A DNA stretch of 64,000 bases from Balanoglossus misakiensis. Lineage: Eukaryota; Animalia; Hemichordata. Position 1 is the stretch's first letter, and every line of letters starts with the position of its first letter. Positions 1 through 15,000 of the stretch are shown in pieces. The DNA is taken from contig CM082584.2 of assembly GCA_040954595.2 (NCBI GenBank), positions 10,568,552-10,632,551 on the forward strand, given 5' to 3'. A program made the translations under genes and the position numbers. The notes beneath the pieces are model-generated. The model saw only the letters and a program-made list of their open reading frames with translations. It did not search any database and was not told the DNA's origin.

Positions 1-3000
1 TTGGTCATTTTTGAAAAAACCATGGTTATAGCTCAGGAAAATGTTGAAAAATCGACGATTTTTCGACTTTGCGAATTTGAAAATTTGGTCATTTTTGAAA
101 AAACCATGGGTTATAGCTCAGGAAAATGTTGAAAAATCGACGATTTTCGACTTTGCGAATTTTGAAAATTTGGTCATTTTTTGAAAAAACCATGGGTTAT
201 AGCTCAGGAAAATGTTGAAAAATCGACGATTTTTCGACTTGCGAATTTTGAAAATTTGGTCATTTTTTGAAAAAACCATGGGTTATAGCTCAGGAAAATG
301 TTGAAAAATCGACGATTTTTCGACTTTGCGAATTTTGAAAATTTGGTCATTTTTTGAAAAAACCATGGGTTATAGCTCAGGAAAATGTTGAAAAATCGAC
401 GATTTTTCGACTTTGCGAATTTTGAAAATTTGGTCATTTTTGAAAAAACCATGGGTTATAGCTCAGGAAAATGTTGAAAAATCGACGATTTTTCGACTTT
501 GCGAATTTTGCATTTTTTGAAAAAACCATGGGTTATAGCTCAGGAAAATGTTGAAAAATCGACGATTTTTCGACTTTGCGAATTTTCGACTTTGCGTAAA
601 ACCATGGGTTATAGCTCAGGAAAATGTTGAAAAATCGACGATTTTTCGACTTTGCGAATTTTGAAAATTTGGTCATTTTTTGAAAAAACCATGGGTTATA
701 GCTCAGGAAAATGTTGAAAAATCGACGATTTTTCGACTTTGCGAATTTTGAAAATTTGGTCATTTTTTGAAAAAACCATGGGTTATAGCTCAGGAAAATG
801 TTGAAAAATCGACGATTTTTCGACTTTGCGAATTTTGAAAATTTGGTCATTTTTTGAAAAAAACCATGGGTTATAGCTCAGGAAAATGTTGAAAAATCGA
901 CGATTTTTCGACTTTGCGAATTTTGAAAATTTGGTCATTTTTTGAAAAAACCATGGGTTATAGCTCAGGAAAATGTTGAAAAATCGACGATTTTTCGACT
1001 TTGCGAATTTTGAAAATTTGGTCATTTTTTGAAAAAACCATGGGTTATAGCTCAGGAAAATGTTGAAAAATCGACGATTTTTCGACTTTGCGAATTTTGA
1101 AAATTTGGTCATTTTTTGAAAAACCATGGGTTATAGCTCAGGAAAATGTTGAAAAATCGACGATTTTTCGACTTTGCGAATTTTGAAAATTTGGTCATTT
1201 TTTGAAAAAACCATGGGTTATAGCTCAGGAAAATGTTGAAAAATCGACGATTTTTCGACTTTGCGAATTTTGAAAATTTGGTCATTTTTTGAAAAAACCA
1301 TGGGTTATAGCTCAGGAAAATGTTGAAAAATCGACGATTTTTCGACTTTGCGAATTTTGAAAATTTGGTCATTTTTTGAAAAAACCATGGTTATAGCTCA
1401 GGAAAATGTTGAAAAATCGACGATTTTTCGACTTTGCGAATTTTGAAAATTTGGTCATTTTTTGAAAAAACCATGGGTTATAGCTCAGGAAAATGTTGAA
1501 AAATCGACGATTTTTCGACTTTGCGAATTTTGAAAATTTGGTCATTTTTTGAAAAAACCATGGGTTATAGCTCAGGAAAATGTTGAAAAATCGACGATTT
1601 TTCGACTTTGCGAATTTTGAAAATTTGGTCATTTTTTGAAAAAACCATGGGTTATAGCTCAGGAAAATGTTGAAAAATCGACGATTTTTCGACTTTGCGA
1701 ATTTTGAAAATTTGGTCATTTTTTGAAAAAACCATGGGTTATAGCTCAGGAAAATGTTGAAAAATCGACGATTTTTCGACTTTGCGAATTTTGAAAATTT
1801 GGTCATTTTTTGAAAAAACCATGGGTTATAGCTCAGGAAAATGTTGAAAAATCGACGATTTTCGACTTTGCGAATTTTGAAAATTTGGTCATTTTTTGAA
1901 AAAACCATGGGTTATAGCTCAGGAAAATGTTGAAAAATCGACGATTTTTCGACTTTGCGAATTTTGAAAATTTGGTCATTTTTTGAAAAAACCATGGGTT
2001 ATAGCTCAGGAAAATGTTGAAAAATCGACGATTTTTCGACTTTGCGAATTTTGAAAATTTGGTCATTTTTTGAAAAAACCATGGGTTATAGCTCAGGAAA
2101 ATGTTGAAAAATCGACGATTTTTCGACTTTGCGAATTTTGAAAATTTGGTCATTTTTTGAAAAAACCATGGGTTATAGCTCAGGAAAATGTTGAAAAATC
2201 GACGATTTTTCGACTTTGCGAATTTTGAAAATTTGGTCATTTTTTGAAAAAACCATGGGTTATAGCTCAGGAAAATGTTGAAAAATCGACGATTTTTCGA
2301 CTTTGCGAATTTTGAAAATTTGGTCATTTTTTGAAAAAACCATGGGTTATAGCTCAGGAAAATGTTGAAAAATCGACGATTTTTCGACTTTGCGAATTTT
2401 GAAATTTGGTCATTTTTGAAAAAACCATGGGTTATAGCTCAGGAAAATGTTGAAAAATCGACGATTTTTCGACTTTGCGAATTTTGAAAATTTGGTCATT
2501 TTTTGAAAAAACCATGGGTTATAGCTCAGGAAAATGTTGAAAAATCGACGATTTTTCGACTTTGCGAATTTTGAAAATTTGGTCATTTTTTGAAAAAACC
2601 ATGGGTTATAGCTCAGGAAAATGTTGAAAAATCGACGATTTTCGACTTTGCGAATTTTGAAAATTTGGTCATTTTTTGAAAAAACCATGGGTTATAGCTC
2701 AGGAAAATGTTGAAAAATCGACGATTTTTCGACTTTGCGAATTTTGAAAATTTGGTCATTTTTTGAAAAAACCATGGGTTATAGCTCAGGAAAATGTTGA
2801 AAAATCGACGATTTTTCGACTTTGCGAATTTTGAAAATTTGGTCATTTTTTGAAAAAACCATGGGTTATAGCTCAGGAAAATGTTGAAAAATCGACGATT
2901 TTTCGACTTTGCGAATTTTGAAAATTTGGTCATTTTTTGAAAAAACCATGGGTTATAGCTCAGGAAAATGTTGAAAAATCGACGATTTTTCGACTTTGCG

Positions 3001-6000
3001 AATTTTGAAAATTTGGTCATTTTTTGAAAAAACCATGGGTTATAGCTCAGGAAAATGTTGAAAAATCGACGATTTTTCGACTTTGCGAATTTTTGAAAAT
3101 TTGGTCATTTTTTGAAAAAACCATGGGTTTATAGCTCAGGAAAATGTTGAAAAATCGACGATTTTTCGACTTTGCGAATTTTGAAAATTTGGTCATTTTT
3201 TGAAAAAACCATGGGTTATAGCTCAGGAAAATGTTGAAAAATCGACGATTTTTCGACTTTGCGAATTTTGAAAATTTGGTCATTTTTGAAAAAAACCATG
3301 GGTTATAGCTCAGGAAAATGTTGAAAAATCGACGATTTTTCGACTTTGCGAATTTTGAAAATTTGGTCATTTTTTGAAAAAACCATGGGTTATAGCTCAG
3401 GAAAATGTTGAAAAATCGACGATTTTTCGACTTTGCGAATTTTGAAAATTTGGTCATTTTTTGAAAAAACCATGGGTTATAGCTCAGGAAAATGTTGAAA
3501 AATCGACGATTTTTCGACTTTGCGAATTTTGAAAATTTGGTCATTTTTTGAAAAAACCATGGGTTATAGCTCAGGAAAATGTTGAAAAATCGACGATTTT
3601 TCGACTTTGCGAATTTTGAAAATTTGGTCATTTTTTGAAAAAACCATGGGTTATAGCTCAGGAAAATGTTGAAAAATCGACGATTTTTCGACTTTGCGAA
3701 TTTTGAAAATTTGGTCATTTTTTGAAAAAACCATGGGTTATAGCTCAGGAAAATGTTGAAAAATCGACGATTTTTCGACTTTGCGAATTTTGAAAATTTG
3801 GTCATTTTTTGAAAAAACCATGGGTTATAGCTCAGGAAAATGTTGAAAAATCGACGATTTTTCGACTTTGCGAATTTTGAAAATTTGGTCATTTTTTGAA
3901 AAAACCATGGGTTATAGCTCAGGAAAATGTTGAAAAATCGACGATTTTTCGACTTTGCGAATTTTGAAAATTTGGTCATTTTTTGAAAAAACCATGGGTT
4001 ATAGCTCAGGAAAATGTTGAAAAATCGACGATTTTTCGACTTTGCGAATTTTGAAAATTTGGGTCATTTTTTGAAAAAACCATGGGTTATAGCTCAGGAA
4101 AATGTTGAAAAATCGACGATTTTTCGACTTTGCGAATTTTGAAAATTTGGTCATTTTTTGAAAAAACCATGGGTTATAGCTCAGGAAAATGTTGAAAAAT
4201 CGACGATTTTTCGACTTTGCGAATTTTGAAAATTTGGTCATTTTTGAAAAAACCATGGGTTATAGCTCAGGAAAATGTTGAAAAATCGACGATTTTTCGA
4301 CTTTGCGAATTTTGAAAATTTGGTCATTTTTTGAAAAAACCATGGGTTATAGCTCAGGAAAATGTTGAAAAATCGACGATTTTTCGACTTTGCGAATTTT
4401 GAAAATTTGGTCATTTTTTGAAAAAACCATGGGTTATAGCTCAGGAAAATGTTGAAAAATCGACGATTTTTCGACTTTGCGAATTTTGAAAATTTGGTCA
4501 TTTTTTGAAAAAACCATGGGTTATAGCTCAGGAAAATGTTGAAAAATCGACGATTTTTCGACTTTGCGAATTTTGAAAATTTGGTCATTTTTTGAAAAAA
4601 CCATGGGTTATAGCTCAGGAAAATGTTGAAAAATCGACGATTTTTCGACTTTGCGAATTTTGAAAATTTGGTCATTTTTGAAAAAACCATGGGTTATAGC
4701 TCAGGAAAATGTTGAAAAATCGACGATTTTTCGACTTTGCGAATTTTGAAAATTTGGTCATTTTTTGAAAAAACCATGGGTTATAGCTCAGGAAAATGTT
4801 GAAAAATCGACGATTTTTCGACTTTGCGAATTTTGAAAATTTGGTCATTTTTTGAAAAAACCATGGGTTATAGCTCAGGAAAATGTTGAAAAATCGACGA
4901 TTTTTCGACTTTGCGAATTTTGAAATTTGGTCATTTTTTGAAAAAACCATGGGTTATAGCTCAGGAAAATGTTGAAAAATCGACGATTTTCGACTTTGCG
5001 AATTTTGAAAATTTGGTCATTTTTTGAAAAAACCATGGGTTATAGCTCAGGAAAATGTTGAAAAATCGACGATTTTTCGACTTTGCGAATTTTGAAAATT
5101 TGGTCATTTTTTGAAAAAACCATGGGTTATAGCTCAGGAAAATGTTGAAAAATCGACGATTTTTCGACTTTGCGAATTTTGAAAATTTGGTCATTTTTTG
5201 AAAAAACCATGGGTTATAGCTCAGGAAAATGTTGAAAAATCGACGATTTTTCGACTTTGCGAATTTTGAAAATTTGGTCATTTTTTGAAAAAACCATGGG
5301 TTATAGCTCAGGAAAATGTTGAAAAATCGACGATTTTTCGACTTTGCGAATTTTGAAAATTTGGTCATTTTTTGAAAAAACCATGGGTTATAGCTCAGGA
5401 AAATGTTGAAAAATCGACGATTTTTCGACTTTGCGAATTTTGAAAATTTGGTCATTTTTTGAAAAAACCATGGGTTATAGCTCAGGAAAATGTTGAAAAA
5501 TCGACGATTTTTCGACTTTGCGAATTTTGAAAATTTGGTCATTTTTTGAAAAAACCATGGGTTATAGCTCAGGAAAATGTTGAAAAATCGACGATTTTTC
5601 GACTTTGCGAATTTTGAAAATTTGGTCATTTTTTGAAAAAACCATGGGTTATAGCTCAGGAAAATGTTGAAAAATCGACGATTTTTCGACTTTGCGAATT
5701 TTGAAAATTTGGTCATTTTTTGAAAAAACCATGGGTTATAGCTCAGGAAAATGTTGAAAAATCGACGATTTTTCGACTTTGCGAATTTTGAAAATTTGGT
5801 CATTTTTTGAAAAAACCATGGGTTATAGCTCAGGAAAATGTTGAAAAATCGACGATTTTTCGACTTTGCGAATTTTGAAAATTTGGTCATTTTTTGAAAA
5901 AACCATGGGTTATAGCTCAGGAAAATGTTGAAAAATCGACGATTTTTCGACTTTGCGAATTTTGAAAATTTGGTCATTTTTTGAAAAAACCATGGGTTAT

Positions 6001-9000
6001 AGCTCAGGAAAATGTTGAAAAATCGACGATTTTTCGACTTTGCGAATTTTGAAAATTTGGTCATTTTTTGAAAAAACCATGGGTTATAGCTCAGGAAAAT
6101 GTTGAAAAATCGACGATTTTTCGACTTTGCGAATTTTGAAAATTTGGTCATTTTTTGAAAAAACCATGGGTTATAGCTCAGGAAAATGTTGAAAAATCGA
6201 CGATTTTTCGACTTTGCGAATTTTGAAAATTTGGTCATTTTTTGAAAAAACCATGGGTTATAGCTCAGGAAAATGTTGAAAAATCGACGATTTTTCGACT
6301 TTGCGAATTTTGAAAATTTGGTCATTTTTTGAAAAAACCATGGGTTATAGCTCAGGAAAATGTTGAAAAATCGACGATTTTTCGACTTTGCGAATTTTGA
6401 AAATTTGGTCATTTTTTGAAAAAACCATGGGTTATAGCTCAGGAAAATGTTGAAAAATCGACGATTTTTCGACTTTGCGAATTTTGAAAATTTGGTCATT
6501 TTTTGAAAAAACCATGGGTTATAGCTCAGGAAAATGTTGAAAAATCGACGATTTTTCGACTTTGCGAATTTTGAAAATTTGGTCATTTTTTGAAAAAACC
6601 ATGGGTTATAGCTCAGGAAAATGTTGAAAAATCGACGATTTTTCGACTTTGCGAATTTTGAAAATTTGGTCATTTTTTGAAAAAACCATGGGTTATAGCT
6701 CAGGAAAATGTTGAAAAATCGACGATTTTTCGACTTTGCGAATTTTGAAAATTTGGTCATTTTTTGAAAAAACCATGGGTTATAGCTCAGGAAAATGTTG
6801 AAAAATCGACGATTTTTCGACTTTGCGAATTTTGAAAATTTGGTCATTTTTTGAAAAAACCATGGGTTATAGCTCAGGAAAATGTTGAAAAATCGACGAT
6901 TTTTCGACTTTGCGAATTTTGAAAATTTGGTCATTTTTTGAAAAAACCATGGGTTATAGCTCAGGAAAATGTTGAAAAATCGACGATTTTTCGACTTTGC
7001 GAATTTTGAAAATTTGGTCATTTTTTGAAAAAACCATGGGTTATAGCTCAGGAAAATGTTGAAAAATCGACGATTTTTCGACTTTGCGAATTTGAAAATT
7101 TGGTCATTTTTTGAAAAAACCATGGGTTATAGCTCAGGAAAATGTTGAAAAATCGACGATTTTTCGACTTTGCGAATTTTGAAAATTTGGTCATTTTTTG
7201 AAAAAACCATGGGTTATAGCTCAGGAAAATGTTGAAAAATCGACGATTTTTCGACTTTGCGAATTTTGAAAATTTGGTCATTTTTTGAAAAAACCATGGG
7301 TTATAGCTCAGGAAAATGTTGAAAAATCGACGATTTTTCGACTTTGCGAATTTTGAAAATTTGGTCATTTTTTGAAAAAACCATGGGTTATAGCTCAGGA
7401 AAATGTTGAAAAATCGACGATTTTTCGACTTTGCGAATTTTGAAAATTTGGTCATTTTTTGAAAAAACCATGGGTTATAGCTCAGGAAAATGTTGAAAAA
7501 TCGACGATTTTTCGACTTTGCGAATTTTGAAAATTTGGTCATTTTTTGAAAAAACCATGGGTTATAGCTCAGGAAAATGTTGAAAAATCGACGATTTTTC
7601 GACTGTGCGAATTTTCAAAATTTGGTCATTTTTTGAAAAAACCATGGGTTATAGCTCAGGAAAATGTTGAAAAATCGACGATTTTTCGACTGTGCGAATT
7701 TTCAAAATTTGGTCATTTTTTGAAAAAACCATGGGTTATAGCTCAGGAAAATGTTGAAAAATCGACGATTTTTCGACTTTGCGAATTTTCAAAATTTGGT
7801 CATTTTTTGAAAAAACCATGGGTTATAGCTCAGGAAAATGTTGAAAAATCGACGATTTTTCGACTTTGCGAATTTTCAAAATTTGGTCATTTTTTGAAAA
7901 AACCATGGGTTATAGCTCAGGAAAATGTTGAAAAATCGACGATTTTTCGACTTTGCGAATTTTCAAAATTTGGTCATTTTTTGAAAAAACCATGGGTTAT
8001 AGCTCAGGAAAATGTTGAAAAATCGACGATTTTTCGACTTTGCGAATTTTCAAAATTTGGTCATTTTTTGAAAAAACCATGGGTTATAGCTCAGGAAAAT
8101 GCTGAAAAATCGACGATTTTTCGACTTTGCGAATTTTAATTTTGAAAATTTGGTCATTTTTTGAAAAAACCATGGGTTATAGCTCAGGAAAATGTTGAAA
8201 AATCGACGATTTTTCGACTTTGCGAATTTTGAAAATTTGGTCATTTTTTGAAAAAACCATGGGTTATAGCTCAGGAAAATGTTGAAAAATCGACGATTTT
8301 TCGACTTTGCGAATTTGAAAATTTGGTCATTTTTTGAAAAAACCATGGGTTATAGCTCAGGAAAATGTTGAAAAATCGACGATTTTTCGACTTTGCGAAT
8401 TTTGAAAATTTGGTCATTTTTTGAAAAAACCATGGGTTATAGCTCAGGAAAATGTTGAAAAATCGACGATTTTTCGACTTTGCGAATTTTGAAAATTTGG
8501 TCATTTTTTGAAAAAACCATGGGTTATAGCTCAGGAAAATGTTGAAAATCGACGATTTTTCGACTTTGCGAATTTTGAAAATTTGGTCATTTTTTGAAAA
8601 AACCATGGGTTATAGCTCAGGAAAATGTTGAAAAATCGACGATTTTTCGACTTTGCGAATTTTGAAAATTTGGTCATTTTTTGAAAAAACCATGGGTTAT
8701 AGCTCAGGAAAATGTTGAAAAATCGACGATTTTTCGACTTTGCGAATTTTGAAAATTTGGTCATTTTTTGAAAAAACCATGGGTTATAGCTCAGGAAAAT
8801 GTTGAAAAATCGACGATTTTTCGACTTTGCGAATTTTGAAAATTTGGTCATTTTTGAAAAAACCATGGGTTATAGCTCAGGAAAATGTTGAAAAATCGAC
8901 GATTTTTCGACTTTGCGAATTTTGAAAATTTGGTCATTTTTTGAAAAAACCATGGGTTATAGCTCAGGAAAATGTTGAAAAATCGACGATTTTTCGACTT

Positions 9001-12000
9001 TGCGAATTTTGAAAATTTGGTCATTTTTTGAAAAACCATGGGTTATAGCTCAGGAAAATGTTGAAAAATCGACGATTTTTCGACTTTGCGAATTTTCAAA
9101 TTTGGTCATTTTTTGAAAAAACCATGGGTTATAGCTCAGGAAAATGTTGAAAAATCGACGATTTTTCGACTTTGCGAATTTTCAAAATTTGGTCATTTTT
9201 TGAAAAAACCATGGGTTATAGCTCAGGAAAATGTTGAAAAATCGACGATTTTTCGACTGTGCGAATTTTCAAAATTTGGTCATTTTTTGAAAAAACCATG
9301 GGTTATAGCTCAGGAAAATGTTGAAAAATCGACGATTTTTCGACTGTGCGAATTTTCAAAATTTGGTCATTTTTTGAAAAAACCATGGGTTATAGCTCAG
9401 GAAAATGTTGAAAAATCGACGATTTTTCGACTGTGCGAATTTTCAAAATTTGGTCATTTTTTGAAAAAAACCATGGGTTATAGCTCAGGAAAATGTTGAA
9501 AAATCGACGATTTTTCGACTTTGCGAATTTTCAAAATTTGGTCATTTTTTGAAAAAACATGGGTTATAGCTCAGGAAAATGTTGAAAAATCGACGATTTT
9601 TCGACTTTGCGAATTTTCAAAATTGGTCATTTTTTGAAAAAAACATGGGTTATAGCTCAGGAAAATGCTGAAAAATCGACGATTTTTCGACTTTGCGAAT
9701 TTTCAAAATTTGGTCATTTTTTGAAAAAACCATGGGTTATAGCTCAGGAAAATGCTGAAAAATCGACGATTTTTCGACTTTGCGAATTTTGAAAATTTGG
9801 GTCATTTTTTGAAAAAACCATGGGTTATAGCTCAGGAAAATGTTGAAAAATCGACGATTTTTCGACTTTGCGAATTTTGAAAATTTGGTCATTTTTTGAA
9901 AAAACCATGGGTTATAGCTCAGGAAAATGTTGAAAAATCGACGATTTTTCGACTTTGCGAATTTTGAAAATTTGGTCATTTTTTGAAAAAACCATGGGTT
10001 ATAGCTCAGGAAAATGTTGAAAAATCGACGATTTTTCGACTTTGCGAATTTTGAAAATTTGGTCATTTTTTGAAAAAACCATGGGTTATAGCTCAGGAAA
10101 ATGTTGAAAAATCGACGATTTTTCGACTTTGCGAATTTTGAAAATTTGGTCATTTTTTGAAAAAACCATGGGTTATAGCTCAGGAAAATGTTGAAAAATC
10201 GACGATTTTTCGACTTTGCGAATTTTGAAAATTTGGTCATTTTTTGAAAAAACCATGGGTTATAGCTCAGGAAAATGTTGAAAAATCGACGATTTTTCGA
10301 CTGTGCGAATTTTCAAAATTTGGTCATTTTTTGAAAAAACCATGGGTTATAGCTCAGGAAAATGTTGAAAAATCGACGATTTTTCGACTGTGCGAATTTT
10401 CAAAATTTGGTCATTTTTTGAAAAAACCATGGGTTATAGCTCAGGAAAATGTTGAAAAATCGACGATTTTTCGACTTTGCGAATTTTCAAAATTTGGTCA
10501 TTTTTTGAAAAAAACATGGGTTATAGCTCAGGAAAATGTTGAAAAATCGACGATTTTTCGACTTTGCGAATTTTCAAAATTTGGTCATTTTTTGAAAAAA
10601 ACATGGGTTATAGCTCAGGAAAATGCTGAAAAATCGACGATTTTTCGACTTTGCGAATTTTCAAAATTTGGTCATTTTTTGAAAAAACCATGGGTTATAG
10701 CTCAGGAAAATGCTGAAAAATCGACGATTTTTCGACTTTGCGAATTTGAAAATTTGGTCATTTTTTGAAAAAACCATGGGTTATAGCTCAGGAAAATGTT
10801 GAAAAATCGACGATTTTTCGACTTTGCGAATTTTGAAAATTTGGTCATTTTAGAAAAAACCATGGGTTATAGCTCAGGAAAATGTTGAAAAATCGACGAT
10901 TTTTCGACTTTGCGAATTTTGAAAATTTGGTCATTTTTTGAAAAAACCATGGGTTATAGCTCAGGAAAATGTTGAAAAATCGACGATTTTTCGACTTTGC
11001 GAATTTTGAAAATTTGGTCATTTTTTGAAAAAACCATGGGTTATAGCTCAGGAAAATGTTGAAAATCGACGATTTTCGACTTTGCGAATTTTGAAAATTT
11101 GGTCATTTTTTGAAAAAACCATGGGTTATAGCTCAGGAAAATGTTGAAAAATCGACGATTTTTCGACTTTGCGAATTTTGAAAATTTGGTCATTTTTTGA
11201 AAAAACCATGGGTTATAGCTCAGGAAAATGTTGAAAAATCGACGATTTTTCGACTTTGCGAATTTTGAAAATTTGGTCATTTTTTGAAAAAACCATGGGT
11301 TATAGCTCAGGAAAATGTTGAAAAATCGACGATTTTTCGACTTTGCGAATTTTCAAAATTTGGTCATTTTTTGAAAAAACCATGGGTTATAGCTCAGGAA
11401 AATGTTGAAAAATCGACGATTTTTCGACTTTGCGAATTTTGAAAATTTGGTCATTTTTTGAAAAAACCATGGGTTATAGCTCAGGAAAATGTTGAAAAAT
11501 CGACGATTTTTCGACTTTGCGAATTTTGAAAATTTGGTCATTTTTTGAAAAAACCATGGGTTATAGCTCAGGAAAATGTTGAAAAATCGACGATTTTTCG
11601 ACTTTGCGAATTTTGAAAATTTGGTCATTTTTTGAAAAAACCATGGGTTATAGCTCAGGAAAATGTTGAAAAATCGACGATTTTTCGACTTTGCGAATTT
11701 TGAAAATTTGGTCATTTTTTGAAAAAACCATGGGTTATAGCTCAGGAAAATGTTGAAAAATCGACGATTTTTCGACTTTGCGAATTTTCAAAATTTGGTC
11801 ATTTTTTGAAAAAACCATGGGTTATAGCTCAGGAAAATGTTGAAAAATCGACGATTTTTCGACTTTGCGAATTTTGAAAATTTGGTCATTTTTTGAAAAA
11901 ACCATGGGTTATAGCTCAGGAAAATGTTGAAAAATCGACGATTTTTCGACTTTGCGAATTTTGAAAATTTGGTCATTTTTTGAAAAAACCATGGGTTATA

Positions 12001-15000
12001 GCTCAGGAAAATGTTGAAAAATCGACGATTTTTCGACTTTGCGAATTTTGAAAATTTGGTCATTTTTTGAAAAAACCATGGGTTATAGCTCAGGAAAATG
12101 TTGAAAAATCGACGATTTTTCGACTTTGCGAATTTTGAAAATTTGGTCATTTTTTGAAAAAACCATGGGTTATAGCTCAGGAAAATGTTGAAAAATCGAC
12201 GATTTTTCGACTTTGCGAATTTTGAAAATTTGGTCATTTTTTGAAAAAACCATGGGTTATAGCTCAGGAAAATGTTGAAAAATCGACGATTTTTCGACTT
12301 TGCGAATTTTCAAAATTTGGTCATTTTTTGAAAAAACCATGGGTTATAGCTCAGGAAAATGTTGAAAAATCGACGATTTTTCGACTTTGCGAATTTTGAA
12401 AATTTGGTCATTTTTTGAAAAAACCATGGGTTATAGCTCAGGAAAATGTTGAAAAATCGACGATTTTTCGACTTTGCGAATTTTGAAAATTTGGTCATTT
12501 TTTGAAAAAACCATGGGTTATAGCTCAGGAAAATGTTGAAAAATCGACGATTTTTCGACTTTGCGAATTTTGAAAATTTGGTCATTTTTTGAAAAAACCA
12601 TGGGTTATAGCTCAGGAAAATGTTGAAAAATCGACGATTTTTCGACTTTGCGAATTTTGAAAATTTGGTCATTTTTTGAAAAAACCATGGGTTATAGCTC
12701 AGGAAAATGTTGAAAAATCGACGATTTTTCGACTTTGCGAATTTTGAAAATTTGGTCATTTTTTGAAAAAACCATGGGTTATAGCTCAGGAAAATGTTGA
12801 AAAATCGACGATTTTTCGACTGTGCGAATTTTCAAAATTTGGTCATTTTTTGAAAAAACCATGGGTTATAGCTCAGGAAAATGTTGAAAAATCGACGATT
12901 TTTCGACTTTGCGAATTTTCAAAATTTGGTCATTTTTTGAAAAAAACATGGGTTATAGCTCAGGAAAATGTTGAAAAATCGACGATTTTTCGACTTTGCG
13001 AATTTTCAAAATTTGGTCATTTTTTGAAAAAAACATGGGTTATAGCTCAGGAAAATGCTGAAAAATCGACGATTTTTCGACTTTGCGAATTTTCAAAATT
13101 TGGTCATTTTTTGAAAAAACCATGGGTTATAGCTCAGGAAAATGCTGAAAAATCGACGATTTTTCGACTTTGCGAATTTTGAAAATTTGGTCATTTTTTG
13201 AAAAAACCATGGGTTATAGCTCAGGAAAATGTTGAAAAATCGACGATTTTTCGACTTTGCGAATTTTGAAAATTTGGTCATTTTTTGAAAAAACCATGGG
13301 TTATAGCTCAGGAAAATGTTGAAAAATCGACGATTTTTCGACTTTGCGAATTTTGAAAATTTGGTCATTTTTTGAAAAAACCATGGGTTATAGCTCAGGA
13401 AAATGTTGAAAAATCGACGATTTTTCGACTTTGCGAATTTTGAAAATTTGGTCATTTTTAGAAAAAACCATGGGTTATAGCTCAGGAAAATGTTGAAAAA
13501 TCGACGATTTTTCGACTTTGCGAATTTTGAAAATTTGGTCATTTTTTGAAAAAACCATGGGTTATAGCTCAGGAAAATGTTGAAAAATCGACGATTTTTC
13601 GACTTTGCGAATTTTGAAAATTTGGTCATTTTTTGAAAAAACCATGGGTTATAGCTCAGGAAAATGTTGAAAAATCGACGATTTTTCGACTTTGCGAATT
13701 TTGAAAATTTGGTCATTTTTTGAAAAAACCATGGGTTATAGCTCAGGAAAATGTTGAAAAATCGACGATTTTTCGACTTTGCGAATTTTGAAAATTTGGT
13801 CATTTTTTGAAAAAACCATGGGTTATAGCTCAGGAAAATGTTGAAAAATCGACGATTTTTCGACTTTGCGAATTTTGAAAATTTGGTCATTTTTTGAAAA
13901 AACCATGGGTTATAGCTCAGGAAAATGTTGAAAAATCGACGATTTTTCGACTTTGCGAATTTTGAAAATTTGGTCATTTTTTGAAAAAACCATGGGTTAT
14001 AGCTCAGGAAAATGTTGAAAAATCGACGATTTTTCGACTTTGCGAATTTTGAAAATTTGGTCATTTTTTGAAAAAACCATGGGTTATAGCTCAGGAAAAT
14101 GTTGAAAAATCGACGATTTTTCGACTTTGCGAATTTTCAAAATTTGGTCATTTTTTGAAAAAACCATGGGTTATAGCTCAGGAAAATGTTGAAAAATCGA
14201 CGATTTTTCGACTTTGCGAATTTTGAAAATTTGGTCATTTTTTGAAAAAACCATGGGTTATAGCTCAGGAAAATGTTGAAAAATCGACGATTTTTCGACT
14301 TTGCGAATTTTCAAAATTTGGTCATTTTTTGAAAAAACCATGGGTTATAGCTCAGGAAAATGTTGAAAAATCGACGATTTTTCGACTTTGCGAATTTTGA
14401 AAATTTGGTCATTTTTTGAAAAAACCATGGGTTATAGCTCAGGAAAATGTTGAAAAATCGACGATTTTTCGACTTTGCGAATTTTGAAAATTTGGTCATT
14501 TTTTGAAAAAACCATGGGTTATAGCTCAGGAAAATGTTGAAAAATCGACGATTTTTCGACTTTGCGAATTTTCAAAATTTGGTCATTTTTTGAAAAAACC
14601 ATGGGTTATAGCTCAGGAAAATGTTGAAAAATCGACGATTTTTCGACTTTGCGAATTTTGAAAATTTGGTCATTTTTTGAAAAAACCATGGGTTATAGCT
14701 CAGGAAAATGTTGAAAAATCGACGATTTTTCGACTTTGCGAATTTTGAAAATTTGGTCATTTTTTGAAAAAACCATGGGTTATAGCTCAGGAAAATGTTG
14801 AAAAATCGACGATTTTTCGACTTTGCGAATTTTGAAAATTTGGTCATTTTTTGAAAAAACCATGGGTTATAGCTCAGGAAAATGTTGAAAAATCGACGAT
14901 TTTTCGACTTTGCGAATTTTCAAAATTTGGTCATTTTTTGAAAAAACCATGGGTTATAGCTCAGGAAAATGTTGAAAAATCGACGATTTTTCGACTTTGC

